Notes: generated by a model not told the origin, from the letters alone. DNA of 52,993 bases from Acidobacteriaceae bacterium (GCA_035765555.1 DASTXK010000372.1:1-52993); one strand, 5' to 3'; shown: positions 1 to 9,335, counted from the stretch's first letter. Numbers and translations are program-made.

Positions 1-532
1 TCGGGATAATGCAGAAAGAGCAGCGGTTTCCGCAGCCGTCCTGCACCTTGAGGTTGGGCCGCGTCTGGTGGGCGTCGGCGGCAAAGGGCAGGGTGGAAAG
101 CTCGGTGTGGGCGAAAGCCTCGTCCACATAAATAGGAACGCCACGGCGGGCGAGCGACGAAGCCGGAAAAATATCCGAAACCGCGGGCGCGTCGCGAAGA
201 GAGACAATTGTCTCGGCGGCCAGCCCCTTGTGGCTGTTGCCAATCACGGCATTCACGCCTTTCAGCGCCGCCACTTCTTCCGGGGCGCGCTGGGCGTAAC
301 AGCCGGTCACGACGATTTTTGCACCAGGATTGAGGCGGCGAGCGCGGCGAATGAACGCCCGCGCCGTGCGGTCAGCTTCCGCAGTCACGCTGCACGTGTT
401 TACAATGATGACGTGGGCTGAATCGAGAGTTGTAGCCTCCGTTAGACCTTTGCCGCGCAATCCGGCGGCAATTGCCTCCCCATCAGAACGGCTGGCTCGG
501 CATCCGAAGTTTTCAACGTGGTATGCTTCCAC
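1..532 (-). CDS. mtaB: tRNA methylthiotransferase, MtaB/MiaB family radical SAM (5' part; runs off window)
   Basis: Own translation of the minus strand from GTG at 532: MEAYHVENFGCRASRSDGE...IIVNTCSVT...VVTGCYAQ (UPF0004 domain)...KVQDGCGNRCSFCIIP (CxxxCxxC radical SAM motif). Not in the ORF track because it is truncated. Confidence 0.85.
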   Translation of the reverse strand, partial: MEAYHVENFGCRASRSDGEAIAAGLRGKGLTEATTLDSAHVIIVNTCSVTAEADRTARAFIRRARRLNPGAKIVVTGCYAQRAPEEVAALKGVNAVIGNSHKGLAAETIVSLRDAPAVSDIFPASSLARRGVPIYVDEAFAHTELSTLPFAADAHQTRPNLKVQDGCGNRCSFCIIP

Positions 533-685
533 ACTATTGAGTTTATCAACGCGGTCAGCGATTGGCTGCTCACCTGTTGCGCGAAAGACCCATAGCAAGA
601 TACATTATCTGTTCGCCGGTTTCGCGACCGGAACATTGCTCGTTTCTTCCACTGCGTTTTGCAATATAAAAAGGCGAACCGAATT

Positions 686-1222
686 ATGAAAAGGCGAATT
701 TTACTGGTCGATGATGAGCTGGCCATCCTGCTCACGCTTAAGGCGGTGCTGGAGATCAGCGGCTTTGATGTGGAGACGGCGGCTTCAGCCCGCGAAGCGA
801 AACTGAAATTACGCGCGCATGAATATCACATGGTCATCACCGACATGCGCATGGAGAGCGACAGGGCCGGGCTGGAAGTAGTGGCCGCGGCGAAGAAATG
901 TTCCAGCAGGCCGGCGGTCGCGATGCTGACCGCGTATCCCATGCCGGGATCGGAAGGCGAGGACGGCGCCGACAAGCTGCTGGTAAAGCCAATGAACACC
1001 AGTGACCTGCTTCGCCAACTCGAGGCCCTGCTGGTTACGCACGAGGACGCGAAGAGCAGGCAGGCGGAGGCGATGCTCAACCGGCCAGCCGCTGTCCTGC
1101 GGAGCGCCGCATCCAAGTCAGGGAAAAAGACATTGAAAGCAACGCCGCGAAAATCCGCTCAGCCCGTTCCGGCGCAAAAGACCGGACTGAAGACCGCAGC
1201 CAAGCTGGCACAGGCGCGCTGA
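686..1222 (+). CDS. Single-domain response regulator with Lys/Ala/Pro-rich tail
   Basis: RILLVDDE...VITDMRM...LTAY...LVKP receiver motifs; start taken at ATG 686. Confidence 0.85.
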   Translation: MKRRILLVDDELAILLTLKAVLEISGFDVETAASAREAKLKLRAHEYHMVITDMRMESDRAGLEVVAAAKKCSSRPAVAMLTAYPMPGSEGEDGADKLLVKPMNTSDLLRQLEALLVTHEDAKSRQAEAMLNRPAAVLRSAASKSGKKTLKATPRKSAQPVPAQKTGLKTAAKLAQAR

Positions 1223-1228
1223 TTCAGC

Positions 1229-1525
1229 TTACGCGCGTGCGGGCTGGGGAACAGCCGTCTGCTTCTTCTGGAAACAGGAGCGGCAGAGTACCGGCCTTCC
1301 CTGCGAAGGCTTGAACGGCACGGTGGTTTCAGCGCCGCACTCCGAGCAGGTGGTGCGCGTTTCAGGACGGACCGTCCGCCCGGAAGCACGCTTTGACTTG
1401 CATGCTTTGCACCGCTTGGGCTCGTTCTTAAATTGTTTGTCGTGAAAAAATAACTGCTCGCCCGCGGTGAATACAAATTCATTCCCGCAATCGACGCATT
1501 TCAACGTCTTGTCGATGAAATCCAT
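1229..1525 (-). CDS. Zinc-ribbon / CxxC-x17-CxxC domain protein
   Basis: DKTLKCVDCGNEFVFTAGEQLFF...PKRCKAC and CSECG...VPFKP...PVLCRSCF. Confidence 0.9.
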   Translation of the reverse strand: MDFIDKTLKCVDCGNEFVFTAGEQLFFHDKQFKNEPKRCKACKSKRASGRTVRPETRTTCSECGAETTVPFKPSQGRPVLCRSCFQKKQTAVPQPARA

Positions 1526-1762
1526 GATGCGCGTCCCTTGCCCATCGCAACTTGCGTGGGGAATGGCCCCGAAAAACTGCCGGGGCAATACAGCCTCTAA
1601 GATCTAAGTTCTGGGCCCTGGGCCGACATCTAAGCGGCTCAACTCCGGCTCTGATTTGTGCCGGAGATTTCTGAGAATCCGTCGCCGAAATGCTGTTTCG
1701 CATTTCCGCGATTGCAACTGGCCGGAAGCGATTAGGGAAATCAGCTTCCGGCGATGATTCTC

Positions 1763-1790
1763 GCTTCCGCGGCTGAAATACCGCGGAAGC
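1763..1790. other. Perfect 10-bp hairpin downstream of rpsU (possible terminator or processing stem)
   Basis: GCTTCCGCGG-N8-CCGCGGAAGC; no clear U-tract. Confidence 0.4.
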
Positions 1791-1828
1791 AAATCCATGG
1801 CTCCCCGCTTCCCAGCGGAGATGCGCGT

Positions 1829-2026
1829 TTAATCCTGCTCTTTCCGAGCCTTCTTGCGATTCCGCTTGCGCGCCAATGCTTCTTTGACGCGGCGCTTCTC
1901 GCCTGGTTTCAGGTAAAAGGAGTGACGCTTGACTTCCTTGATAATATCTTCCGTCTGCACCTTGCGCTTAAACCGGCGCAGCGCGTTTTCAAGCGGCTCG
2001 CCTTCCTGCACGCGAACCTCTGCCAA
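1829..2026 (-). CDS. rpsU: 30S ribosomal protein S21
   Basis: AEVRVQEGEPLENALRRFKRKVQ...EVKRHSFYLKPGEKRR; GGAGG RBS upstream of TTG. Confidence 0.97.
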   Translation of the reverse strand: MAEVRVQEGEPLENALRRFKRKVQTEDIIKEVKRHSFYLKPGEKRRVKEALARKRNRKKARKEQD

Positions 2027-2342
2027 AGAGATACACCTCCAACCTGGCCCAATGCGGGCTTATCCACAGATTATACAGCGGGAGAGAAAAAACAGGGGAC
2101 GCGCAGTTTTACCGTTGCCGGGCGGTGGTCCGCACCGAGCTTCGCCAAGACCGGATTCCCATTTCCAAATGAGAATTTCGAATTGCCATTTGCGGAACCC
2201 AATGAAATTCTATGTTGACCGACTTCTTTCCGGCTGTTAGCGTCAAATTAGGAACTCCCCACTCTCCGGTTCGAGGGGACCGGCTCGTCGTGGAAATTAC
2301 GGGATCACGCGCGGTTTTCCCGGGACGTCAGGTGAAAGTATC

Positions 2343-3320
2343 GTGCGAAAACGCTTTTACATCATTTTTGTGGCGCGGGAAGAAGATGGACGCCTGCGCA
2401 AGGTTCCGGTACCCCTCCATTACGCCTATATCTTTGTGGCGGCCGCAGTCGTGGGGGCCTTCACCATTGCGGGCATGGCTGGTTCCTACAGCCGCATGCT
2501 GCTGAAAACAGCCAGCTTCAATCAAATTCGCACGCAGCACGAGGCGCTTCGCCAGGACTACAAACAGCTCCAGGCCGTGGCCCAGCAAAAAGAGGTCCAG
2601 GCCGCTTCGCTTGGCTCGCTGGCCAGCGAAGTAAGCGCGCTTTACGGCCTCAGGCAGAGCCGGACACCAAAATCCGCCACCGTCCCTTCGCTCGCAACCG
2701 ATACGGATTCGACTTTTTCGGACGCGGCCTACAACGAGTCCTTCGACCAGCTTTCGTCGTTGCGGACCACAGCGCTTTCCGGCCAGTTGGCCCAGGCCTT
2801 TGCCATCGGCATTAACCCCGCTGTGAACCGCGATTGGAAGGCCCTGCTGAACGCCCCCACCCTCTGGCCCGTGATGGGGCGCATCACCAGTTCCTTCGGC
2901 GAGCGGCTCGACCCCTTTAATGGAGAAGGCGCTTTCCACTCAGGCATTGACATTGCCACCACCTTCGGCGCGGCGGTCCGCGCGCCCGCTGACGGCGTTG
3001 TGCTGAAAGCCTCCTTCGGCAACGGCTACGGACGCGAGATCATTCTCGACCATGGCGATGGAATCGAGACCCTCTACGGGCACCTCTCCGGTTTTTCCGT
3101 CACGGTGGGCGAGCAGGTCCGGCGCGGGCAGGTGATTGGTTATGTGGGCAGCAGCGGGCGCAGCACTGGCCCCCACCTTCACTATGAGGTCCGGGTACGC
3201 GATACACCGGTAAATCCACACAAGTACCTGCGCGAGACCATGACCCAGTACGCGGAAGCGGGTGGCACTACTCACAACCCGCACGATCAGAACACGCACA
3301 ATCGGGCAGCCGGCAGCTAG
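2343..3320 (+). CDS. M23 family metallopeptidase (N-terminal TM and coiled coil)
   Basis: HSGIDI and GRSTGPHLHYEV zinc motifs. Confidence 0.93.
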   Translation: MRKRFYIIFVAREEDGRLRKVPVPLHYAYIFVAAAVVGAFTIAGMAGSYSRMLLKTASFNQIRTQHEALRQDYKQLQAVAQQKEVQAASLGSLASEVSALYGLRQSRTPKSATVPSLATDTDSTFSDAAYNESFDQLSSLRTTALSGQLAQAFAIGINPAVNRDWKALLNAPTLWPVMGRITSSFGERLDPFNGEGAFHSGIDIATTFGAAVRAPADGVVLKASFGNGYGREIILDHGDGIETLYGHLSGFSVTVGEQVRRGQVIGYVGSSGRSTGPHLHYEVRVRDTPVNPHKYLRETMTQYAEAGGTTHNPHDQNTHNRAAGS

Positions 3321-3331
3321 GCGGCAATCTG

Positions 3332-4144
3332 CTATTTCACTGCGGCCTGGATGGCCAGCAGGTTCTCCAGCACCGGCTTGAGGTCTTTCAGATCCAGAGC
3401 ATTGGCCCCGTCGGATTTGGCCTCGGCCGGATTGTCGTGGACTTCCAGAAAAACCCCATCGACTCCGGCGGCCACGGCGGCGCGCGTCAGCAGAGGAATA
3501 AATTCCGGCTGGCCACCCGAGACCCCATTCGCAGCGGAAGGAGTTTGCACCGAGTGGGTCCCGTCAAAAACCACAGGCGCGAAGCTCCGCATAATCGCCA
3601 GCGAACGCATATCGACTATCAGATTGTTATAACCGAAGCTGGTTCCGCGCTCGGTGAGAAAGACGCGGCTGTTGCCGGCCGCGGCCACCTTCTCCACCGC
3701 GTGCTTCATGTCGCCGGGTGCGACAAACTGGCCCTTCTTCACGTTCACGGCTCGTCCGGTTTTCGCGGCGGCGATCAGCAGATCGGTCTGGCGGCAGAGA
3801 AACGCGGGAATCTGGAGCACGTCCGCGCCTTCGGCGGCAATTTCGCACTGCGCGGGCTCGTGAACATCGGTAAGAATAGGCAGGCCTGTTGACTCGGCCA
3901 GACGCCGCAGGATCGCAGTTCCTTCTTTCAGTCCGGGCCCGCGAAAGCTCTTGACCGAAGTGCGATTGGCCTTGTCGTAGGACGCCTTGAAGATATAGGG
4001 CACGCCCAGATCAGACGTGATGCGCTGGATGGCGTCGGCCATCTTATGCACATGCGCTTCGCTTTCGATCACACAGGGTCCAGCGATCAGGAACAGTTGC
4101 CCGGCTCCGACGTGGACGGGACCAATTTCAAATTCGTGGCTCAC
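3332..4144 (-). CDS. kdsA: 3-deoxy-8-phosphooctulonate (KDO8P) synthase
   Basis: IAGPCVIE, KASYDKANRTS, QIPAFLCRQTDL, KKGQF, ERGTSFGY, DGTHSVQ. Confidence 0.97.
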   Translation of the reverse strand: MSHEFEIGPVHVGAGQLFLIAGPCVIESEAHVHKMADAIQRITSDLGVPYIFKASYDKANRTSVKSFRGPGLKEGTAILRRLAESTGLPILTDVHEPAQCEIAAEGADVLQIPAFLCRQTDLLIAAAKTGRAVNVKKGQFVAPGDMKHAVEKVAAAGNSRVFLTERGTSFGYNNLIVDMRSLAIMRSFAPVVFDGTHSVQTPSAANGVSGGQPEFIPLLTRAAVAAGVDGVFLEVHDNPAEAKSDGANALDLKDLKPVLENLLAIQAAVK

Positions 4145-4148
4145 GTCT

Positions 4149-5078
4149 TCATTGAATCACGAGTGGGTTTCCTGGCGACGTCTGCGGCTGAGGACTGGGC
4201 CGGAGACTATCCAGTTCCGCGGCATAATCGGCAAGGAGAGTGATGGTCTGCATGTAGGTGTCTCGGTTGATGGAGGCCTCGGTATCACGAGCGGAACCGG
4301 GAATCTCGCGCGCACTCCACGCGACGGAGTGGACCAGAATGGCGGGAATATTATGATGGCGAAACGGACGGGTCGCGTCGATTTTCGACCAGCTTCCAGG
4401 AAGAGTCTCGCAGGGCGCGGGGAGCCGCTGGTCGGAGGCGGCCTGAAGCAGAGGCCGCTCAAGCCGCATCCACGCCAGATTGGCGCTACTGTCGTTCGGG
4501 TTGATGTAGAACCGCGTGGGGCCGAGGCCGAGAGCGTCCAGCGCGACGACTCCGAGAATCTCGCGCCGCTCGGCCGCAGTGAAGGAGTTGAAAAGAGCTG
4601 CGGCGCCCTGCTCGCCATCCACTTCGGCAAAGATAAATGTGTGTCGGCGCGGGGCGGCGGACAGCGCGTGATAGAGGAACGGCAGCATGAGAGCGCCGCT
4701 CCAGTCTTCAACCGCGCCCCGGCCCTGTCCATCGTGCTCGTAATGCGCGAGGACCAGAATGATGCTGGGATCCTCCTTTCCGGAAGCGGTTTTCGGACCT
4801 GCGGCGGGAAGCGTGCAGAGTAAATTCCGGCCTTCAGGCGCGGTTTGCTCCCGGAGCCGATTGCCTCCGCATTGCAGATCCGTGAAAGTCTGTTTGAGCT
4901 GCGCCAGCCGGATGGCATCGGTCTGCGGAACGTGGCCAAGCAGCAGATCAACGGAGTTGGGTGAGATTTTCCAGAAGACTATGTTGGGGCGTTGATGCTG
5001 CCGAGTGGGGGCGGCCCCGCACGATTGCGCCAATGTGAAGGTCGCCAGCAGGAACAGCACGAGGACAAGTTGTAGCAT
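4149..5078 (-). CDS. Secreted M28 peptidase-like protein (metal ligands look degenerate)
   Basis: Signal peptide MLQLVLVLFLLATFTLA; NLLCTLP, IILVLAHYE, GAVEDWSG, VALDALG resemble the M28 fold. The extension to 5705 is antisense to the HIT gene. Confidence 0.7.
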   Translation of the reverse strand: MLQLVLVLFLLATFTLAQSCGAAPTRQHQRPNIVFWKISPNSVDLLLGHVPQTDAIRLAQLKQTFTDLQCGGNRLREQTAPEGRNLLCTLPAAGPKTASGKEDPSIILVLAHYEHDGQGRGAVEDWSGALMLPFLYHALSAAPRRHTFIFAEVDGEQGAAALFNSFTAAERREILGVVALDALGLGPTRFYINPNDSSANLAWMRLERPLLQAASDQRLPAPCETLPGSWSKIDATRPFRHHNIPAILVHSVAWSAREIPGSARDTEASINRDTYMQTITLLADYAAELDSLRPSPQPQTSPGNPLVIQ

Positions 5079-5126
5079 CGGTGAAATCTTAGCTGATCGT
5101 TTTCCGGCCGCGATACACTTCATGCC

Positions 5127-5693
5127 ATGGATTATCTCTGGACCCCGTGGCGCTACTCCTACATTACCGATCAGAGTGACGGCCGCAAGGGTGTTCCCGA
5201 CGAGTTGAGCGGCTGGCCGGGAAACCATGGATGCTTGTTCTGCAACATGATTGCCGCCGTGGATTACGCGATTGAGCACGGCATGGCACGCGATGACGCT
5301 GAACGCGCGGCGCTCGTGGTAGCGAGAGGCGAGCGCGCGTTTGTGTGCCTCAACCGCTTTCCCTACACCTCGGGACACGTGATGGTGGTGCCCTACGAGC
5401 ACCAGGCATCGCTTGCGGCGCTGCCCGCGGAGACCGCCCGCGAAGTAATGGACCTGGCGCAGCGGACCGAGGAGGTGTTCGCGCGCGTGTATCACCCGGA
5501 CGGCGTGAACATGGGGTTGAATCTGGGCAAGGCGGCGGGCGCGGGCGTGGACATGCACCTGCATCTGCACGCGCTTCCGCGATGGGTGGGCGACACCAAC
5601 TTCATGACAGTGACGGGCGAAACCCGCGTACTGCCGGAGGAGCTTTCCGAAACGTGGAGGCGGCTTCGCGAGGCGTTCGGAAAGCCGCGCTAA
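5127..5693 (+). CDS. HIT domain protein (Ap4A phosphorylase-like)
   Basis: LWTPWR, CLFC, LNRFPYTSGH, HLHLHALPRW histidine triad. Confidence 0.93.
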   Translation: MDYLWTPWRYSYITDQSDGRKGVPDELSGWPGNHGCLFCNMIAAVDYAIEHGMARDDAERAALVVARGERAFVCLNRFPYTSGHVMVVPYEHQASLAALPAETAREVMDLAQRTEEVFARVYHPDGVNMGLNLGKAAGAGVDMHLHLHALPRWVGDTNFMTVTGETRVLPEELSETWRRLREAFGKPR

Positions 5694-5716
5694 TCTGGCG
5701 GGCATCTAATCGTCGC

Positions 5717-6004
5717 ATGGCGAAGAAGCCCGAGAGCGAACGTCCGAAGCAGCGCATTCCGTCACGCACGACGAGCGCAAGGATTAAGCCGGAGCGGCCC
5801 GAGGGCAAGCAGGAAGACCCAGCCGGAGTGCAATCACTGGAAACGGAAGACCCACGGCAGGTGGGCAGCGGCAAGCGCAGACAGCGCGGGCTGCTCGAAG
5901 ACAATGCCCGTCCCGAAGGCGGTGTGGCGCAGGAGAGTCCACACGCAGTCGCCGGGCTGCACTCCACCGGATCATTCACGGGAAGAAAGCGGCGCGCTGC
6001 CTAG
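5717..6004 (+). CDS. Small hydrophilic hypothetical protein
   Basis: MAKKPESERP... fills the gap between co-oriented genes; charged, low complexity. Confidence 0.45.
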   Translation: MAKKPESERPKQRIPSRTTSARIKPERPEGKQEDPAGVQSLETEDPRQVGSGKRRQRGLLEDNARPEGGVAQESPHAVAGLHSTGSFTGRKRRAA

Positions 6005-6025
6005 CCTCGTTACTTCCGTGACCTG

Positions 6026-6730
6026 TTGGGAAAAGCGACCCGCGCCTATGCTGGCGTGGTGTATCGAAACTGGACATTCTGGATTTTGGGTCTGCTGGTG
6101 CTGCTCGGCGCTCTGCCGGGCTATGCCGCGAAAGCCAAGCCGCACTATGCGGCGTTGGGTAAGTCGCAGACCGTGCCCTATTCGGCGGAGGGCGACCCGG
6201 CGGGCGCGCGTCCGGGCGAGACGAAGTTGACGGTGCGTCCGCTGGTAGTGAACGGCAAAGTTACGGGATGGACAACGGGCGAAATTCACGAAGTCACGCC
6301 GCACACCTTTACCGTGCGGAGCGCGTTGCGCGTGAACGACGCGCTTCCCACGGACAAGCATGAACACTGGGTCTGGCAAAAAGGGCCGTGGCTGCTGGTG
6401 GACAAGCGCGGGAAGGTGAAGGACCTGCGGCTGCCGGACTATGATGCGTCTGTTTCCAACGTGGTGTGGTTCCGGGATTACGCGGCCTACTGCGGACTGA
6501 CCGCGAGCGGCAAGAGCCTTTATGCCGTGGTTGCGCGCATCGGCGTGAGGCGCGCGGTAGTGAGCAAAAAGCTGGGGAAATGGGACCGAACGGCGGAGGT
6601 CTCGCCCGCATGTGGGCCCGCCGCTTGGCAGCGCGATCCGCTGCGGGTTTCCTTCTCTCCACCAGGAGGCGAGGCGGTCAGCTTTGATGTGTTGGGGTCC
6701 GAAGCGACGCCGGCAACGGGAGCCCAATAG
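6026..6730 (+). CDS. Secreted hypothetical protein (start may be GTG near 6059)
   Basis: Hydrophobic signal segment WILGLLVLLGALPGYA; beta-rich body with AAYCG and PACGPAAWQRDP. Confidence 0.7.
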   Translation: MGKATRAYAGVVYRNWTFWILGLLVLLGALPGYAAKAKPHYAALGKSQTVPYSAEGDPAGARPGETKLTVRPLVVNGKVTGWTTGEIHEVTPHTFTVRSALRVNDALPTDKHEHWVWQKGPWLLVDKRGKVKDLRLPDYDASVSNVVWFRDYAAYCGLTASGKSLYAVVARIGVRRAVVSKKLGKWDRTAEVSPACGPAAWQRDPLRVSFSPPGGEAVSFDVLGSEATPATGAQ

Positions 6731-6733
6731 CCG

Positions 6734-7489
6734 CTATCGCCCTTCACTGAGCCGCGTGGCGAGGCGGTCGGGAAGTCCGGCGGCGAGGATTTCTTCCTGT
6801 GCTTGCTTCACGTTGTATGGGACTCGATAGAACATGATTCGCCGGGCGCGGTCCTCGACTTCGTAAACCGCGAAAGCGGCGCGCCAGTCCCGGTCGCGCG
6901 GCTGCCCCACCGAACCGGGATTGATGAGATAGCGGGCGTTTTCCCTCAACGGCAGTTCGTATTCGTCGGCCCCGCTCGGCGAGAATTCCGGCCTGAGCTG
7001 AAACCATTCCTCTCCGTTGGTCGCGAAGCCTCCCTGAACATGCGTGTGGCCGAAGAAGTTGATACGCGCCGGCGACTGCGTTAACGGAAGCCATGCGTCG
7101 CGAAGTGTTATGAGATATTCGTCCTCGTCGAGCGGCGACCCGTGCGAGCAAGACACGTCCGGACTCTCAGGCGTAATGGGGCCCTTGGGCAGTTGCCGCA
7201 GCCATTCGAGGTTTTCCGGAGTGAGCGAGTCGTGCGTCCACTGCGCGGCGCGGGCGGCAATGGGATTGAATGCTTCGATGCCGCCGATGCCGCAGCACGC
7301 CTTGTCGTGGTTCCCGCGCACAAAGACCGATCCGAGGCCGCGCACCCGCTCGATCACTTCGTTGGGGTTTGCGCCATATCCCACCACATCGCCAAGGTTC
7401 CACACCAGGTCGTGCGGCGGCGCGGCTTCGAGCACAGCGTTCAGGGCGTGGAGGTTGGAGTGGATGTCTGAGAGTAGCAAAACGCGCAT
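6734..7489 (-). CDS. Metallophosphoesterase family protein
   Basis: SDIHSN, LGDVVGYG, GNHD, GHTH, NPGSVGQPRD. Confidence 0.93.
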   Translation of the reverse strand: MRVLLLSDIHSNLHALNAVLEAAPPHDLVWNLGDVVGYGANPNEVIERVRGLGSVFVRGNHDKACCGIGGIEAFNPIAARAAQWTHDSLTPENLEWLRQLPKGPITPESPDVSCSHGSPLDEDEYLITLRDAWLPLTQSPARINFFGHTHVQGGFATNGEEWFQLRPEFSPSGADEYELPLRENARYLINPGSVGQPRDRDWRAAFAVYEVEDRARRIMFYRVPYNVKQAQEEILAAGLPDRLATRLSEGR

Positions 7490-7762
7490 GGTGGGCAGCG
7501 GCAAACGCCGGAAATGCTCTTTGAAATTCTACACTTAGCAACGCAACCAGGCGGGCTTTTGGCCGGAGTGGGCAATGTCCCATTTCAAGGCAACCACCGC
7601 TTTTTCCGATACTTACAGGAGGAAACCTCGTCTTTTGGAGCGATTACCAAACAGATACAGGCTGAAATCACGCAAGCAACAGCGTATATGGGGACTTCAT
7701 CGAAGTCGAATAGCGGAGTTGACTGAGGTCTTGAGTTAATGGGGAAATGCCGAGGTTAGGTA

Positions 7763-8704
7763 ATGGGGGGAGCGGAAAAACATCACAAGGAAGCGCGGCC
7801 GCCGAGTCCGGTGAAGCTGGACCAGGTGACGGAAGTCCTGCGCGAGAACCAGAAGCTCATCACCCTGGGACGGCTTGCAGCCAGCATCGCGCATGAAATC
7901 AACAACCCTCTGGAGTCGATTACGAACCTGCTTTATCTGATCGAGCAGGAGGCCACCGGCAAGAACGCCGAATACCTCAAGCTCGCCCAGCGCGAGTTGA
8001 GCCGGGTGGTGCAGATCAGCAAGCAGACCCTGACTTTTTCCCGCGAAACCGCCACGCCGGTCCGGGTGCGGCTGCCTGAATTGATTGAGGAAGTGCTTGG
8101 ACTCCATGCGCGGCGGATCCGCGAAAAGGACCTGCGGCTGGTGCGGCAGTATGAAAGCTCGGAGAGCATTACGGTCTTCCCGGGCGAAATGCGCCAGGTG
8201 ATTTCCAATCTGATCTCCAATGCTGTCGAGGCCAGTTCGCAGCGCGGGCGCATCGTGATCCGCATTCGTCCCTCCCGGCGCTGGACGAGGCATGGAGCGA
8301 AGGGGCTGCGGCTCTCCATCGGCGACAATGGATCGGGCATTCCGGCGGAAGTACGCGATCGACTCGGCGAGCCGTTTTTCACGACCAAGGGACAGGGCGG
8401 CACCGGTCTTGGCCTGTGGGTCACGCGATCCATTCTTGGCCGCTATGGCGGCGACCTGCGCCTGCGGTCTTCGACCTTGCCCAAACGGCACGGGACTGTT
8501 TTCAGCCTGTTCCTGCCGCTCAATGTGCGTCCGCTGGCGTTGCTGCCCGGCGGCGGAGAAGCCGAGAATATCCCATCGACGGGAACGCACGGCCGGCGAT
8601 GGCGCGGCCTGCGTCTTATCAGCCAGCAGCCGGGCGGCGGCGAGGCGCTTGAGCAGAACTCCCCACCGCGGCAAGAAAATGCCAGGGCCGCGCGGACGGG
8701 CTGA
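7763..8704 (+). CDS. Cytoplasmic histidine kinase (HisKA + HATPase, no input domain)
   Basis: LAASIAHEINNPL H-box, NLISNA N-box, DNGSG, PFFTTK, GTGLGL. Confidence 0.9.
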   Translation: MGGAEKHHKEARPPSPVKLDQVTEVLRENQKLITLGRLAASIAHEINNPLESITNLLYLIEQEATGKNAEYLKLAQRELSRVVQISKQTLTFSRETATPVRVRLPELIEEVLGLHARRIREKDLRLVRQYESSESITVFPGEMRQVISNLISNAVEASSQRGRIVIRIRPSRRWTRHGAKGLRLSIGDNGSGIPAEVRDRLGEPFFTTKGQGGTGLGLWVTRSILGRYGGDLRLRSSTLPKRHGTVFSLFLPLNVRPLALLPGGGEAENIPSTGTHGRRWRGLRLISQQPGGGEALEQNSPPRQENARAARTG

Positions 8705-8736
8705 GACAAGGGGAACCAGCTCCAAAACTGAATTGA

Positions 8737-9335
8737 ATTTTTCTCCCCGCCTCCTTTGTTTTGTTTGGGTTAGAGGCGGTCGTCCCGTGTAGTTCCGACA
8801 AAACAAAGGACTTAGCTGTAAGTCAGCCTTGCTCAAGTACTTGCGGGCTACGGTGCCGGGATCCCGCTGCTCTTAATTTTTCATCCGAATCCGTAAAATC
8901 TAGAAAATAAAGGGTAAAATTCTCAAAATCTAGAAAATAAAGCAGTTCCCAGACTTCCCCAGGGGCCAAGGCCGCTGCAAAAAGGACTTACGGGAAGCGA
9001 CCCTGATAACAAAGGAGTTAGGGTCGGAGTTCCCTTCAGGGAGCGGGTCAGGATTCGCGTTAATTTTTCTCCTGCTCTCCTTTGTTTTGTTGGAGTTACG
9101 TTAGGGCCATGGCCGCAAGTCAGCCTTTTTCAGGAACTTGCGGGCAAGTCAGCCTATCTCAATAATTTACTGGCTATTTCGCGTAATTTCATGGATCGGG
9201 TAGGGAAAGCATGGCGTCGGCTCCAATGGAAAAACCAGCCTAATGGCTGGGCTTCTTAATAACCTCTCTATTTCTATTTTACCAATTTCGGAGAAATTAC
9301 CTGCATGAGGTAAGTGCTTGGATTGGGGAGAGTTA
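8737..9335. repeat. Non-coding array of degenerate AA(C/T)AAAGGA(C/G)TTA-type motifs with direct and inverted repeats
   Basis: 13-bp IR 8752-8764/8798-8810; 18-bp DR AAAATCTAGAAAATAAAG at 8895 and 8925; AAAGGACTTA 8981, AAAGGAGTTA 9011; CTCCTTTGTTTTGTT at 8751 and 9077; AAGTCAGCCT three times. Confidence 0.75.

Noticed and set aside
68-689. Plus-strand ORFs at the window start
   Set aside because: Shadows of the minus-strand methylthiotransferase.
5079-5705. N-terminal extension making a 518-aa ORF
   Set aside because: Antisense shadow of the HIT gene; the signal peptide marks the start at 5078.
8737-9335. Possible CRISPR array
   Set aside because: Repeats are degenerate, in mixed orientation and irregularly spaced; no cas genes.
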